This document shows, piece by piece, positions 52,061 to 64,000 of a DNA stretch of 64,000 bases; positions within the stretch are counted from its first letter, which is position 1, and every line of letters starts with the position of its first letter. Both the position numbers and the translations under genes were made by a program. Below the pieces are notes generated by a model that saw nothing but the letters and a program-made list of their open reading frames with translations, ran no database searches and was not told the DNA's origin. This stretch comes from Camelus dromedarius (lineage: Eukaryota), in assembly GCF_036321535.1 (NCBI RefSeq), contig NC_087436.1:103480001-103544000 (forward strand), in the 5' to 3' direction.

Positions 52061-53900
52061 AAATTTTATTACAAATAATCTCAGACTTAGCAAAAGGTTT
52101 CAGAAGTTGTACAAAAACTCATTTTATACATTTTATGCATATTTCCCAAATGCCAATGGTATGTCATTATTGCTTTATCATTTCCTCCCTTTCATATATA
52201 CACATGCATATGTGTGTGTGTTTAGATCGATGTGTGGATAGATGGATAGGCAGATGGATGGATGGGTGGATGGATAGCTATAATTACTTACTACCTGAGA
52301 GCAAATTACAGACATGATGCTTCTTTAACCATAAACACATGTATTTGCCCCCTAAATCACTAATAACCACAGTATCAAAATGTGGAATTTAACATCAATA
52401 CAGTTATATTATCTAATGTATGGGTGTTCAAACTCTTATCAATTACCTCATTACTCTCATTTGTAGCAAAATATATGTTACTCTAGTTCATAATCCAATC
52501 TAGGGTCACATGTTCATTTAATTGTCATTTCTTTTTTCTCCTCTGATCTGGAATGACATCTTAGTCTTCCCTCACTTTTCATGAACTTGAAGTTTTTAGA
52601 GAATACTCACCTGTTATTTTGTGAAACATCTTTTGATTTAGGCTTGTCTAGTAATTCCTTATGATTGAATTCAGATTCTGCATCTAACACAGAAGCTCTG
52701 ATGTGTCATTCTTAGCATATCCTAGCAGAAAGCACTTGATGGCAATCTGTCCCTTTTACTGGTAGAATTTAATCTCCTGGATAATGGGTTAATGAGTGAA
52801 TGAATATATAAATGAGGGAGAAGGAAAACACTTATCTTTGGAACTATCCCAAATTCTAAATTTTAAAAAGGAAAAACAGAATTCAAGTAAAGGATTCTAA
52901 GCAGTCTAGGTTTCTCCAATGTATAGTTTTTCTTTTTCTTTATAATTAAGGTTATCTTCTGGGCAGATAATTTGAGAACCTGTACATATCCTGGTTCTCA
53001 TCATAATTTTGCCCACTAGTTATACTGATGATTCTTGCCTGGAATTTTTTTTTATTATGGTAATGGCCAAATGGTCATATTATAATTTTCTTTTTGGATA
53101 TTAAAATTTGGAAGTTACATAGATAAGAGCTTTCCTTCTCCTTCATTTAAATACTCACTCATTCTTTCATTCCTTCACATGTTAGTGTAGACTTATGGAC
53201 TCTTATTTCAACCTGCAGCTATTATTTGTCACTATTTTTTCAGACTTGGTCAGTGCATGCTCCTTCACTCTAGCATCTATGGTCCTTCAACAAGTTCCCA
53301 TCATTCTTTGAGTACTTATCTTCTTACACCACAAGATGTTCAAGATACATTTTGTATTCCCCGGTTCTAGTCTTAAAATGATCATTTTCCCAAAGGAATC
53401 CTGCTTCTTTTTATTGAGGGATGGCATTTAAGAACCAAGGTCTGGTGCTAGATACTCTAACTGCTACTGGCTAACTTAGTTTCTAGGATATTTCAGAGGA
53501 CAGATACATGTATATGTCTTTTCTATCTCTCTGTGTATTAAAAATTTTAGTGCATACTCAAATTGAGTGCAAACCTCCAATGGTCAAAGAAAACATAGCT
53601 TTCATTATTCAAAATATATTTAACTAGTTGCTCAATCATAAGATATAAAAAAATAGTTTTAGGATTGCTAACTCATACCACTGTGAAAAGGAAGTGTCCT
53701 CACTAGAGTACAGTTTTTGTACTCTAGTTCTTTTTTGTCTTTAGCATGAGGACATATATCCAAAACACTGTATTTTAAAGTTACTTAGATTCATTCTCTT
53801 ACATACCACTCAGAAGAGTTATATAATTCAATTGAAACTGTGGTCCATTTTTCCCCATCCTCATTGGGTTATTTTTCATATGTGAAACATTAACATGATT
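52060..53900 (-). mobile_element. L1MC4-like 3' UTR with an internal (GATG/GATA)n repeat
   Basis: aataatctcagacttag..catgatgcttcttta..atccaatctagggtcaca..ccacaagatgttcaag..aaccaaggtctggtgctag. Confidence 0.65.
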
Positions 53901-55679
53901 CTATTATATGATCATTATATTTTCCTTAGAACTGTGAAATTTTGCTATAACTTCCATATGGCCACTATCTTTTGCTTGAGTTTAATTTTGTCTTTGTCCT
54001 TAATAGAAACCAGATTTTTCCCCATTCTTCACAATGGTTGCTTTTTTGTATCAAATATTGGATGTGAATTGCCTACTACAAGAAAATACCCTCTGCCAAT
54101 ACACTGAGAAAGTGAAATCCATTACTGTCTCTCATAGTTTTATTCATGCTCTTAGTATTTACAATTACACCAGTAGAAATACCTTTTTGGTAAATTTTAT
54201 GTTCAAGACAGGGAGATTTTATTGTATGCAATAAAATGTCATTATTTAAAGTTACTATCCACCTTGCATGATAGCTACTTAGAGCCTGTTTATAATACAT
54301 CTTCATGGACTGATTGTGTATTTTAGAATTTGCATTTTTCTTAAAGGTTGAACATTTTTAAAAGATATAATTAATTTATAAAGTCCCAAAGTACATAAAA
54401 ATAACTAAAAAAAGAAAATACTCCATATTGTTACTCTAATTTACAGGTGATTTCATTAATGGAGATTCTATCATGTAAACTGCACATTATTCAGTGACCA
54501 CACTTTGTGTGCTCATTCTGCATGCTTTTGCTAACAAATCCATTTTACTATAAGTCTAAATATGTCCCAGAAGAAAAGTAGCATATCACTGGTTGTTTCA
54601 ATTATTTTCCGTAAGTATTTATTAAATACCTAAAATATGTTAAATATTTGAGACACAAAATAGGACATTGTCTAAATTAGTTATTTTCAAATAGAGAAAA
54701 TAATGCCTAAAATACAAGATTTGCAGATGTGGAGAAAACTGGAGACATATTGAGTTCTGTCTATATGAGAGATTAAATTACCTGAAAATCATCTTGGTCA
54801 AACAGATCAAAATTTATGATGAAATATAACAAATATCTTTTAAAATGTTAAGCGTAACTAGCCTTAGAAAGGATGGGGAAATTTCTTGGGGTTAGAAACA
54901 AAAAGCAAACTAAAACCAGGTATAATCAGGTATGATTTTAGCTGATTCTACAGTTAACCTGGCCTGGGAGGGGAAGGGATCAGGTGTTGGTTTTTGCCAT
55001 CTAAAAGCCAAAAGTTTAAAATGTATAGCTGAAGAATAGTCTTGTGCCTGTGTGCAATGGGAAAACAGAACAGAACTACTTGCAGAAACTGGCATGTTTG
55101 AAGGGCTTAATTCCTGGTGAAAGATGGGAGGAATACAGAGAAACTCATTCTCTATCAACAAGGGACATAATTTGGAATTTGGAACAAGGCCGTAAAGGTA
55201 AGGAAGAAGCATATCTCTTTTTGTGGGGACTCTGAGTGAACAAGAATTGTCCTCTGAGTTTATAGCTACAGCTATGTACCTTAAGCGGATTTGGGGTTTG
55301 AATTTACACTACTTAACTTCTCTAAGAACATATGTATAATAGTCTGTACTATATTCTTCCTATATTTGAAATCCCTAACATGTCTGTAGTTATCATAACT
55401 TTTAATTTCAAATGTTACTCATGCCATATAATTTTCTTGATCATTCTTGATAAAGGTTTGTCTATTTAAGCTATCCTTAAAGACAGTTTTGTTTTTGCTC
55501 ATATTCTTTATTTCATCCTTGCTATTTTTTATATCTAATGCTAAAAAATAATTTTTTCCTTTTATATTTTCTCAGTTTAATGTTATTATTTTTCTACATT
55601 TCTCAAGACAAATTGAGATCAAGTTTTTATTTATATTGTTTGAATTTTCCGTATATTTATGCCATAACCAACCCTAAAA

Positions 55680-57540
55680 GTACAAGATCTGAATCACAGG
55701 ATTTCTGAATGAGAAAAGAGAAAAAATAGAGGGGAAAACATTTCTTAAATCAACACAAACTATTTCCCAAAATTAAAGGACACAACTTTCAGTTTGAAGC
55801 TACTAGTTGTCTAGCAAAAATAATCTTTAAAATTCTCAAAACAAAGCCATATCTTCTGGAATTTTAGAATATGGAGGTTACAGAGAATAACCTAAAGCTC
55901 CCAGACAGGAAAAATAAACAAACAAATAAAGCAGGTAACACACAAAGCGTTAGGAGTAAGGGTGGCACAAGGTTTCTCAACTGCAACGCTAGAACAGACA
56001 CATGCCTTCCAAGTTCCACAAGGAAATAAATATCTAGTACTTTGAGTGCCCAGACAATATGTCTGTAAAGTACGGAAGTGGAAAAAGGATGTTGTTGGGC
56101 ATGTATTCATGTTCTGCAGGAAAGAGTTAATATCGCCGGCCTGATATTGTCATCTCCAGCAGGCCCTGCTTGAGGCTGACCCTCAGGGAGGTTCCTAAGG
56201 ACTTGGCCTGTGGAACATTCCCTACTCCATGCTGACCGGTTGCTTTGTGTGACTGGGTCACAGAATTCTGTTATACTAGTCTTCTATATTGTTTGTGCAA
56301 ACAAATGTGATTTATGGTGTGCAACCACTTTACATCTTCAAACCTAGAATTTTGGTAATAGTGACTGACTGCTCAAGCAAAGACTGCCAACATGACCAGC
56401 CTTCAATTAAATCTCTGGACTCAAAATTTTAAGCAGGTTTCCTTAGGCAGAAACACTGGATGCGTGTTGCACATTTCTGTGCTGGAGGAAGAAGCATATT
56501 TAGTGCGAGACCTCCCTTCCCATCATTCTGTGAGGGAGAACTGTGAAGTCTGCTCTTGGACCCCTTCAGGGCGTTACCTGATGCCTTGTCTTCCTGCCCC
56601 TCACCGAGACTGCTGTGTACCCTTTCAGGGGAATAAACCATAACTGCAAACATAGCTGCCTCTGGATCCTATGAGCCCCTTTAGTGAATCACCAAAAACC
56701 ACAGGGAGGGGCAGTATCCTCCCCCAGCCCCATCGCACATGGTCTTAAAAGTTCACATCACACTTTCTTTCTCAGGAACTTCCCAAAAGAAGTGCTCCAC
56801 CTCAACAGGAAACTTTATCAAGAAAGAGGAAGAATCTGGATCCAGGAAGTAAATGATTTATCACAGAGGATAGGCAAAGAAAATCTCCACAGTCATGGTA
56901 AGTATAAGAATATGAAAATTACAAATTAAGTCTAAGGTAAAACAAGTCCATGTTAAGCAAGATAATAGAGGGTCATGTTAAGGAGGATAACACTGACAGA
57001 TCCCTCAAAGTAGTTCAACAAACTGAGGGTAAAATTTTATCTATAAAGTTTGGTTATGACTTTAAAAAAGAAAATTATTTTTTAATTAAACAAATAAAAA
57101 TGATTAACTGAAGAGAAACAAAATTACATGCCTCAGCAATGAATAATATTAGATACCCATAATGATGTAGATTCTGAAGATTGACTTAACAAAAATTATG
57201 ATGTAATAAAATTAGGAGGATGGTTGGATTTGCATATGAGATGTGTGCGTGCGCACTTGCACAGGTATGAGGTGCATTATAAGTGATAAAGGTTCTTCAT
57301 TAAGAGAGCAATAAATAATATGTTTTAAAGAAATATAATAAATATAAAGAAATATTAGAGATATGGAGGAAAATACTAAAAATTAAAACCAAAAGTAGGG
57401 TTGCCTGAGAAAAACAAATTAGGCTTGAGAATAAGTGAAAACTAACAATTTTATTTCATTAGCAACTTTGTAAAATTATTTGACTTTTGAAAGTACATAC
57501 ATGATGTGAAAAAGAAAATTATATTTCAAAAGAATAAAAA
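55680..57540 (+). mobile_element. HAL1 (half-L1)/L1 ORF1-type element, interrupted by an LTR
   Basis: ORF1-like remnant (ttcccaaaattaaaggacac..ttctcaactgcaacgctaga..atgccttccaagtt); resumes after the LTR with tttctcaggaact..gtgctccacc..caagaaagaggaagaatctggatccaggaa. Confidence 0.65.
56110..56739 (+). mobile_element. ERVL-class solo LTR (MER77/MER68-like)
   Basis: Starts tgttctgcaggaaagagttaat..ggcctga; catgaccagcc; aataaaccataac (polyA signal); tagtgaatcacc; ends in CA. Confidence 0.7.
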
Positions 57541-59964
57541 GGAAAAATATAATTGACAAAATGATTTGGAGATGTACTACATGTTCTGGAAAAAATAATG
57601 ACTAAAAATAAATCCAGAAGTTTCACCATCATGGGCTAAATCCTTGGAAAACAATTTGTTGATGAAGAACATAAACGTAGATAGACAAAATAAAATTTCT
57701 GGTTTCTATCTTGCACTACACACACATACATGCATACTAGTTAACAGAACTATGGATCAACCACACACTGAAAACAAATAGTGAAATAATTCAAATGTTT
57801 GAGGCAACTTTTTTTTCCAATTTGAACTGCTGCTTGTAAAGACCATACTGATCATGGGATTGCTGAAATGAAATGTCCAATCATCTTCTATGTTTATATT
57901 TTATTTAGCCTGTTCACCAGGCAGAAAACTTTACAGTCCTTCCTCCACTCCAAGTCGCATGTGTGCCTGTGTAAACTCACATGTGTGTGTGCGCACACAC
58001 TCAATCCCATCTAAATTTACCTGCGTCTACACATATCCACTGACATTAGTACCTGAGTCAGTGAATATATATATATATCCATTAACACACAAATGAGCAA
58101 AGCAGGAGAGTCCACAATAAAGAATACTGCTTAATAGCATTGGTAGTGGGTATTCTAGGAAGTGTGGAGCTGCATTTTAGAAAATTGACTGAACAGAATG
58201 TGGAGGAAGGTTGGATGGGGCATGACTGCAGGCAGGAGCTGTGCTGTATGTATAGGAAAGCAGTTCAGAGATAAGCCTTAAACAGCATATTAGTATTGGG
58301 GGTGCAAAAAGAATAAAGACTGAGAGATATTAGAAAGAAAGCTGTGACAGTCAAAAATTATGCTGGCTGTTTGGTTAATAAAAATATTTCCTTTGTAGGA
58401 TTACTGTGAACATTTAAAAAAATAATCCATTTGAAGCATTTTATAGATTAGTAAATATTATAAGTAGTACTATTTAATTAGGTATATACATTGTCTAATA
58501 ATATTTAAAGGATATTTATCTTTGAATTAGAAAGCTTTTCTCATCAACACAGTGATAAAAGTATGGATTAAAACTATGTGAGACTCTGTCCCTTTCTCTT
58601 ATCTAAATAACCCATAGTTTTCGTTGCAAGTCCAGGTGTGACTGCTGAATGAATAAGCTTTGCTTTGGAAATTCCCCCATTTTCTCTGTACTTAATACAG
58701 CATCCAGGGTGCAGAAGTACAAATGCTGGATTTGGAAACAGGAGAAGGGAGGCTAAATCTTTGCTATATCCCTGGCTACTTATTTGATGAGTAGAAATCC
58801 AACTAACCTCTTTGGAAGCTAATATCATAAACTCCCAAAAGAGAATAAAAATCTCTGCATCCCTATGGAGTTTTGAAAGAGTTAAGTGAGAACAAGGAGA
58901 AAGGTCTAGGTGGGATGAATACCCTTTTCCCACTGCACGGGTTCTTTTGCTGATAGAAGATGCTCGGAGTAAGTTATCTGTTTCCTTCCAAATTTTTCTT
59001 AAACATAAAATTCACAAGTTAAAAAATCTGGCTTTAATTCAAAATTAAGGAGCTAAATTTTACTAGGATGATGGTACTTTCACACTTCTTTATTATTAGA
59101 CTAAAATAGTGCCCCTACAACCTACGTTAAATTTAACTACTCCTATAGTAAACAAATCATTCTAAATCCTTGATTATTTCAGATGCCTTCAGCAAGGCTC
59201 CCTTTCTTGAATTGCAAAACCCAAAACGCATGCAGAAGTCAAGAGCAAAAAGCAAGTTCATTTTCTTTTCATTTTCTTTTTTTTTCCCTAAGGATACTCA
59301 AGAGGGTTATTCTTTTATTCAGAGAAAATATCCAGGGCCAATAGCAAATAAAAAGATCTTTTCCTGGCTCATATCTACCACTCAGAGGTCTTAATTTCAT
59401 CTGTTTGGTCTGAAGTTTTTTTGACTAAAAGTAAAACTTTATGCTTCCCTGCTCTCAAGTTCATCTACCCCAGCTCTGAGCATTCACACAGCCTCGTGAG
59501 GAACTGCTGAAGTTTATTCCCATTAGCTTGGCACTTCTCAACCCAGGAGGCGATACTTTCAGCTGCAAACTTGATCATCTCATTAAGGGCCCTTTCTTCC
59601 AGAACTTTTATATTGAAAGACAGTTAAGTCGGCAGAGCCCTAGCATTGATCCCTGGAGAACACTTCTTTTAATAACTAACAAGTTCAGGACAGAATTTTT
59701 CCCCAAACTTTTTCTCACATTGAAAAGCTAATTGCAGCTTAATGGTCAAATGCTTCTCCCAATTTCATGGTAACTGTATTTATAGCAGGTGCTCATACTG
59801 AACCTTGAGACCCTAGCCAAAATAGATTTGTGTCTAGCTAAAAACAAGACAAATCTTCAAGTGTCAGAAATCACACTCCAGTGGAGCAATTGCCAATATG
59901 AGAGAAACATATACTGCATCTTTGATCAAAAGAACTTCTCTACTGATGGAATCACAGTAATGAT

Positions 59965-60105
59965 GTAAGCTACCTGAGTCTGTTTTTTCATCTATAAAAT
60001 ATAATTCATAATACCTACCTCAAAAGGCAATTGTAAGGATATATATGAATATACACACACACATACACCCCTAGTACGTGGTAGGCTCTAACTATGTATT
60101 AAATT
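59965..60105 (+). mobile_element. MIR fragment
   Basis: ctgagtctgttttttcatctataaaat..ataatacctacctca..ttgtaaggat. Confidence 0.65.
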
Positions 60106-60543
60106 AATTAATAAGTGAAATAATGGAGTGCAGATAACATGAATGAAAAAACCACTGTGCCTGCCTAATACATTAGGAAACAAGTATGCTTTTCATGCTC
60201 ATTAATCTATGTAACAATGTAGTTGGGGTAACTTCTGTTGAATATGTTCTTATATAAAACAATAGATGGATAGATAGAGGCTCAGGAAAAAAATACAGAT
60301 TAACATCTTTTTAGCAGAATCTATTGCTGCTAATGTGTCAACCCAGAGTCTTTGCAGCACTAGTTGAGTGAATCCAGTGTTGATGTTCACTTTGAAATGC
60401 ACTTGTTACTATAGGAACAATATGACCTTTAGAAAAGACAGGGTTTAATGATACCCACAAGTGTACTGCAAATGCACTTATCATCTCTAAACACCTTATA
60501 TATGTATGAAACCATATGGAGATATTTTGGGATTCTGCATCAT

Positions 60544-60598
60544 ACAACAACAACAACAACAAAAATATATATATATATATATATATTTTTTTTTTTTT
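60544..60598. repeat. Compound (CAA)n-A4(AT)11-Tn microsatellite
   Basis: Directly visible. Confidence 0.95.
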
Positions 60599-60639
60599 AC
60601 AGCTATCAAAAGATTGGTAAACAATGGTAAACTGCAGAG

Positions 60640-60870
60640 TTTAACTCAAATGTCACCTCTGCATTGAAGCCCTCCTCAGTATCTTCAATCAGAACTAATT
60701 ACTCTATCCTTGGCGACTTACTGCACTCAAAGAATAATCCAAACATGGCATCTGTTGATGTAGTTATTTGTAGTCATGAATACTTCCATCAATAGATGGT
60801 TATAAGGCAAGGGCTCTAATTAACTCACATTTTTCTATATTCTATGAGGTTCTTAATGAAGGCTTAGGTT
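60640..60870 (+). mobile_element. L2 fragment
   Basis: ctcaaatgtcacctctgcattgaagccctcc..tagatggttataaggcaaggg. Confidence 0.5.
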
Positions 60871-61161
60871 AAATTATTTATGTAATATAATTATATATTA
60901 TATAATTTATATTATGTAATATATATTACTTGAATGTTGGTAAGTACACAACCATTTTTTAATACTATCATTGCATTGGTTCTTGTTAAGCCATTGCTTT
61001 ATTCAATGTGTCAAAGTTCATGGTTGGCCTTTGGCTCATTTTATTCTCTATATTTTGCCTTTTTTTAAAATATCAAGTTGATTGAGGTATAATTTATATA
61101 CAGCCAAAATTACTCTTTTTCAGATGAACAGTTTTAGGAGTGTTAAAAAGTATGTACAGCG

Positions 61162-61800
61162 TTTATTTAAAAAATTTTTTGAAGTATAGTTGATTTACAA
61201 TATTGTGTTAGTTTCTGGTGCACAGCAAAGTGATTGAGATATATATACATATATTCTTTTTCATATTCTTTTCCCTTATGGTTTATTACAAGATGTTGAA
61301 TATAGCTCCCTGTGCTATACAGTGGGTCCTTGTTACCTATTTTATATACAGTAGTTTCTATCTGCTAATCCCAGATTTCTAATTTATCCGTCCCCTCTCC
61401 CTTTCCCCTTTGGTAACTTCTTTGGTAAAATTTGTTTTCTATGCCTGTGAGTCTGTTTCTGTTTTGTAAATAAGTTCATTTGTACCATCTTTTAGATTCT
61501 ATATATAAGTGATATATGATATTTGTCTTTGACTTACTTTACTTAGTGTGATAATCTCTAGGTCCATCCATGTTGCTGCAAATGGCATTATTTCACTTTT
61601 TTATGGATGAGTAATATTCCATTGTATATACATACCACATCATCTTTATCCAGTCATCTGTCGATGGACATTTAAGTTGCTTCCATGTCTTGCCTATTGT
61701 AAATAGTGCTGCTATGAACACTGAAGTGCATGTATCTTTTTGAATTACAGTTTTCTCCAGATATAGGCCCAGGAGTGAGATTGTTGGATCATATGGCAAC
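61162..61800 (-). mobile_element. Younger 5'-truncated L1 nested in the L1MB-like element
   Basis: Minus ORF 61593-61799 PYDPTISLLGLYLEK..CTSVFIAALFTI..CPSTDDWIK is the ORF2p C-terminus; complete 3' UTR and T-rich (antisense) tail. Confidence 0.9.
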
Positions 61801-62427
61801 TGTGTATTCAGTTTTAATCACCACCACAATCAAAATACAGGATGTTTTCGCCACATATGCAAAATTTCCCTTGTACTCCTTTGTAGTCAATATCCTCAAC
61901 CCAACCCAAGCAACTGAAAACACCTATTCTATTTCTAACTTTACTGCTGCTTTTCAAGAATGTTTTACAAACAAAATCATGCAGTATATAGTCTTTCCTG
62001 TCAGGCTTCTTTTACTTGAAATAATACTTTTAAGATTTGTCCATGTTATTGCATGTATCAGTAGTTCGTATCTTTTGATTGCTCAATCATACTCCATTGT
62101 ACGGATACAGCACAATTTTATCTCTTCATCAGTAGACATTTAAATTATTTCTGGTTTTGGACCATTATAAATAAAGTTGCAATAAAAATTAAGGTATAGG
62201 TGTTTGTGCAGTCATGTATTTTTATTTCTATTGAATAAATACCTAGAAATGGGATTGTTGAGTCATAAATTGCACACTTAATAAGAAACTGACAAACTGG
62301 TTTCCAAGTTGATTGTACCATCTTGTTTTCTCATCAACAATGTATGTGGGTCCCAGTTTGCTCTACATCCTTGTAGAAGCTTGGCTTTGTCATTTTTCTA
62401 ACATTAACTATTCTAATAGATGTACAC

Positions 62428-62835
62428 TGTGTTAGTTTCCTAGAGCTGCCATAACAAAATGTGAGTCTGGCTGGCTTAAACAACAGAAATGTATCTTCTC
62501 GTAGTTCTGAAGGCTGAGAGTCCAAGATTAAAGTATCAGCAGGTTTGTTTTCTTATGAGGCCTCTCTCCTTGGCTTACAGATGGCTGCCTTCTTGTTGTG
62601 ACCTCCTCTGCAGCATGCACACCCCAGGTGTCTCTTTGCATGTCCAAATGTCCTCTTCTTATAAGGACACCTGTAAGATTATATTAGGACCCAATCTAAC
62701 AGCCTCATTTTAACTTTATTTTAACTTAATCAGCTCTTTAAAGGCCCTAGCTCCAAATACAATCACATTTTGAGTATTAGAGGTTATAGCTTTTAACACA
62801 TGAATTATGAAGAAGGCACAACTCAGCCCGTAACA
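62428..62835 (-). mobile_element. MaLR solo LTR (MLT1B-like) nested in L1
   Basis: tgtgttagtttcctagagctgccataacaaa..ggcttaaacaacagaaat..tataaggacacc..cacaactcagcccgtaaca; TSD tacac/gacac. Confidence 0.88.
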
Positions 62836-64000
62836 GACACTAACATCAGGCTGGTTTTAATTTCCAGTTCCCCGATGGATACCATTCTTGAGCATATTTG
62901 CAAGTGCCTGCATGCTACCCATATATATTTTCTAGTGAACTGTGTATTCAAATCTAGTTTGTATTGATGTTTTTGTTCTGTTACTGATTTATAAGAATTT
63001 CTTATGTATTCTGGACAAAAGTATTTGATCCAATATGTGTTTGTTTTGCAAAAATAAGTATCTGTATCAGTGGTTTGTTTATAATCTTTGCATTATTGTC
63101 CAATGAATGGAAGTTCTTAATTTTCATGAAGTTCTATTATTTTTTTATAGCTGTTTTTAGTAAAGCTTAAAATTTTATGTGTAAACTCTTGCTTAGTCAC
63201 AAAAGTCTTTCTCCTACACTTTTTTAAAAGTTTTATAGTTTTTATAGTTTTAGGTTTTACATTTAAATCTGTGGTTCATTTTGAGCTTATTTTTGATGGG
63301 TCAAAGTTCATGTTTTACAAATGGATGTCCAATTGTTCATTTGTTGAAGATCTTTTTACTATTGAATTATCTTGACAACTTGGTCAAAAATCAATTAACT
63401 AACCATATATGTATGATTCTATGTCTGGAATCTATTCTATTTGTTACACTGACCTACATTATCTGTCCTTTTTCCAATAATACATTATTTTAATTATTGT
63501 ACCTTTCTAAGCCTTGAAAATCAAGTAGTGTGTCTTCCAATTGTGTTTATTTTTCAAAATTTAGTTGTTTTAAGTATTTCGCACTAATATATAAATTGTA
63601 AAATAAGCTTGTCAATTTCTATTTTTAAAAAGCCTGCTGGAATTTCGATTGACATTCTATTTAATAAGTAGATATATTTTAGAAGGATCAGTATCATAAC
63701 AGTCTTTCGAAACATGAGCATGTTATACCTATTCAACTTTTGTGTCTCCTTTGATTTTTACCAACAATATTTTCCAGTTTTTAGCATGCAGTTATTACCA
63801 TGTATTGTGTTCAATGTATCCCTAAGTACTTCATGGTTTTAATGCTGTTGTAATTGGCACTGATTTTATAATTTTAATTTCTACTTCTTCATTTCCAGTA
63901 GTTTACAGAAACACAATGGATTTCTATATGTTGACCTTATATCCTGAGACTATGATAAAACTACTTACAAGTTCTGCAGTTTATTTATACATTCTTTGGG

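Larger units (their letters stand above)
61058..64000 (-). mobile_element. Old L1 (L1MB-like) 3' end and ORF2 remnant; host to two later insertions; runs off the window end
   Basis: ttgattgaggtataatttatatac..., resuming near 61806 (caccaccacaatcaaaataca); antisense ORF2 motifs continue to 64000. Confidence 0.8.

Noticed and set aside
58574..58933. 119-aa minus-strand ORF
   Set aside because: Non-ATG start and no recognisable family signature.

Overview
AT-rich, CpG-depleted eutherian (mammalian) genomic DNA, probably camelid: it carries a tRNA-derived SINE resembling camelid Vic-1 at about 5553-5669, and I saw no Alu, B1 or Bov-tA elements. I recognise no protein-coding gene, RNA gene or CRISPR array. 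The only ORFs with recognisable products are decayed LINE-1 ORF2 pieces. Much of the window is interspersed repeat (L1, HAL1, L2, MIR, MaLR/MLT1, ERV1 and ERVL solo LTRs, hAT/Charlie fragments, microsatellites), separated by unique blocks that look like intronic or intergenic regulatory DNA. The most notable observations are: (1) two independent MER41-like ERV1 solo LTRs in divergent orientation about 11.5 kb apart, each with its own 4-bp target-site duplication (TSD) and each keeping a STAT/GAS motif that appears to derive from TTCCCGGAA by opposite-strand CpG decay; (2) a TSD-flanked L1 insertion missing its normal 3' UTR; (3) a ~30-bp micro-L1 insertion; (4) several candidate non-coding exons and enhancer-like blocks. 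Repeat family names come from recalled consensus similarity, not a database search. Subfamily calls and most boundaries are approximate. I cannot establish a new biological system from this sequence alone.
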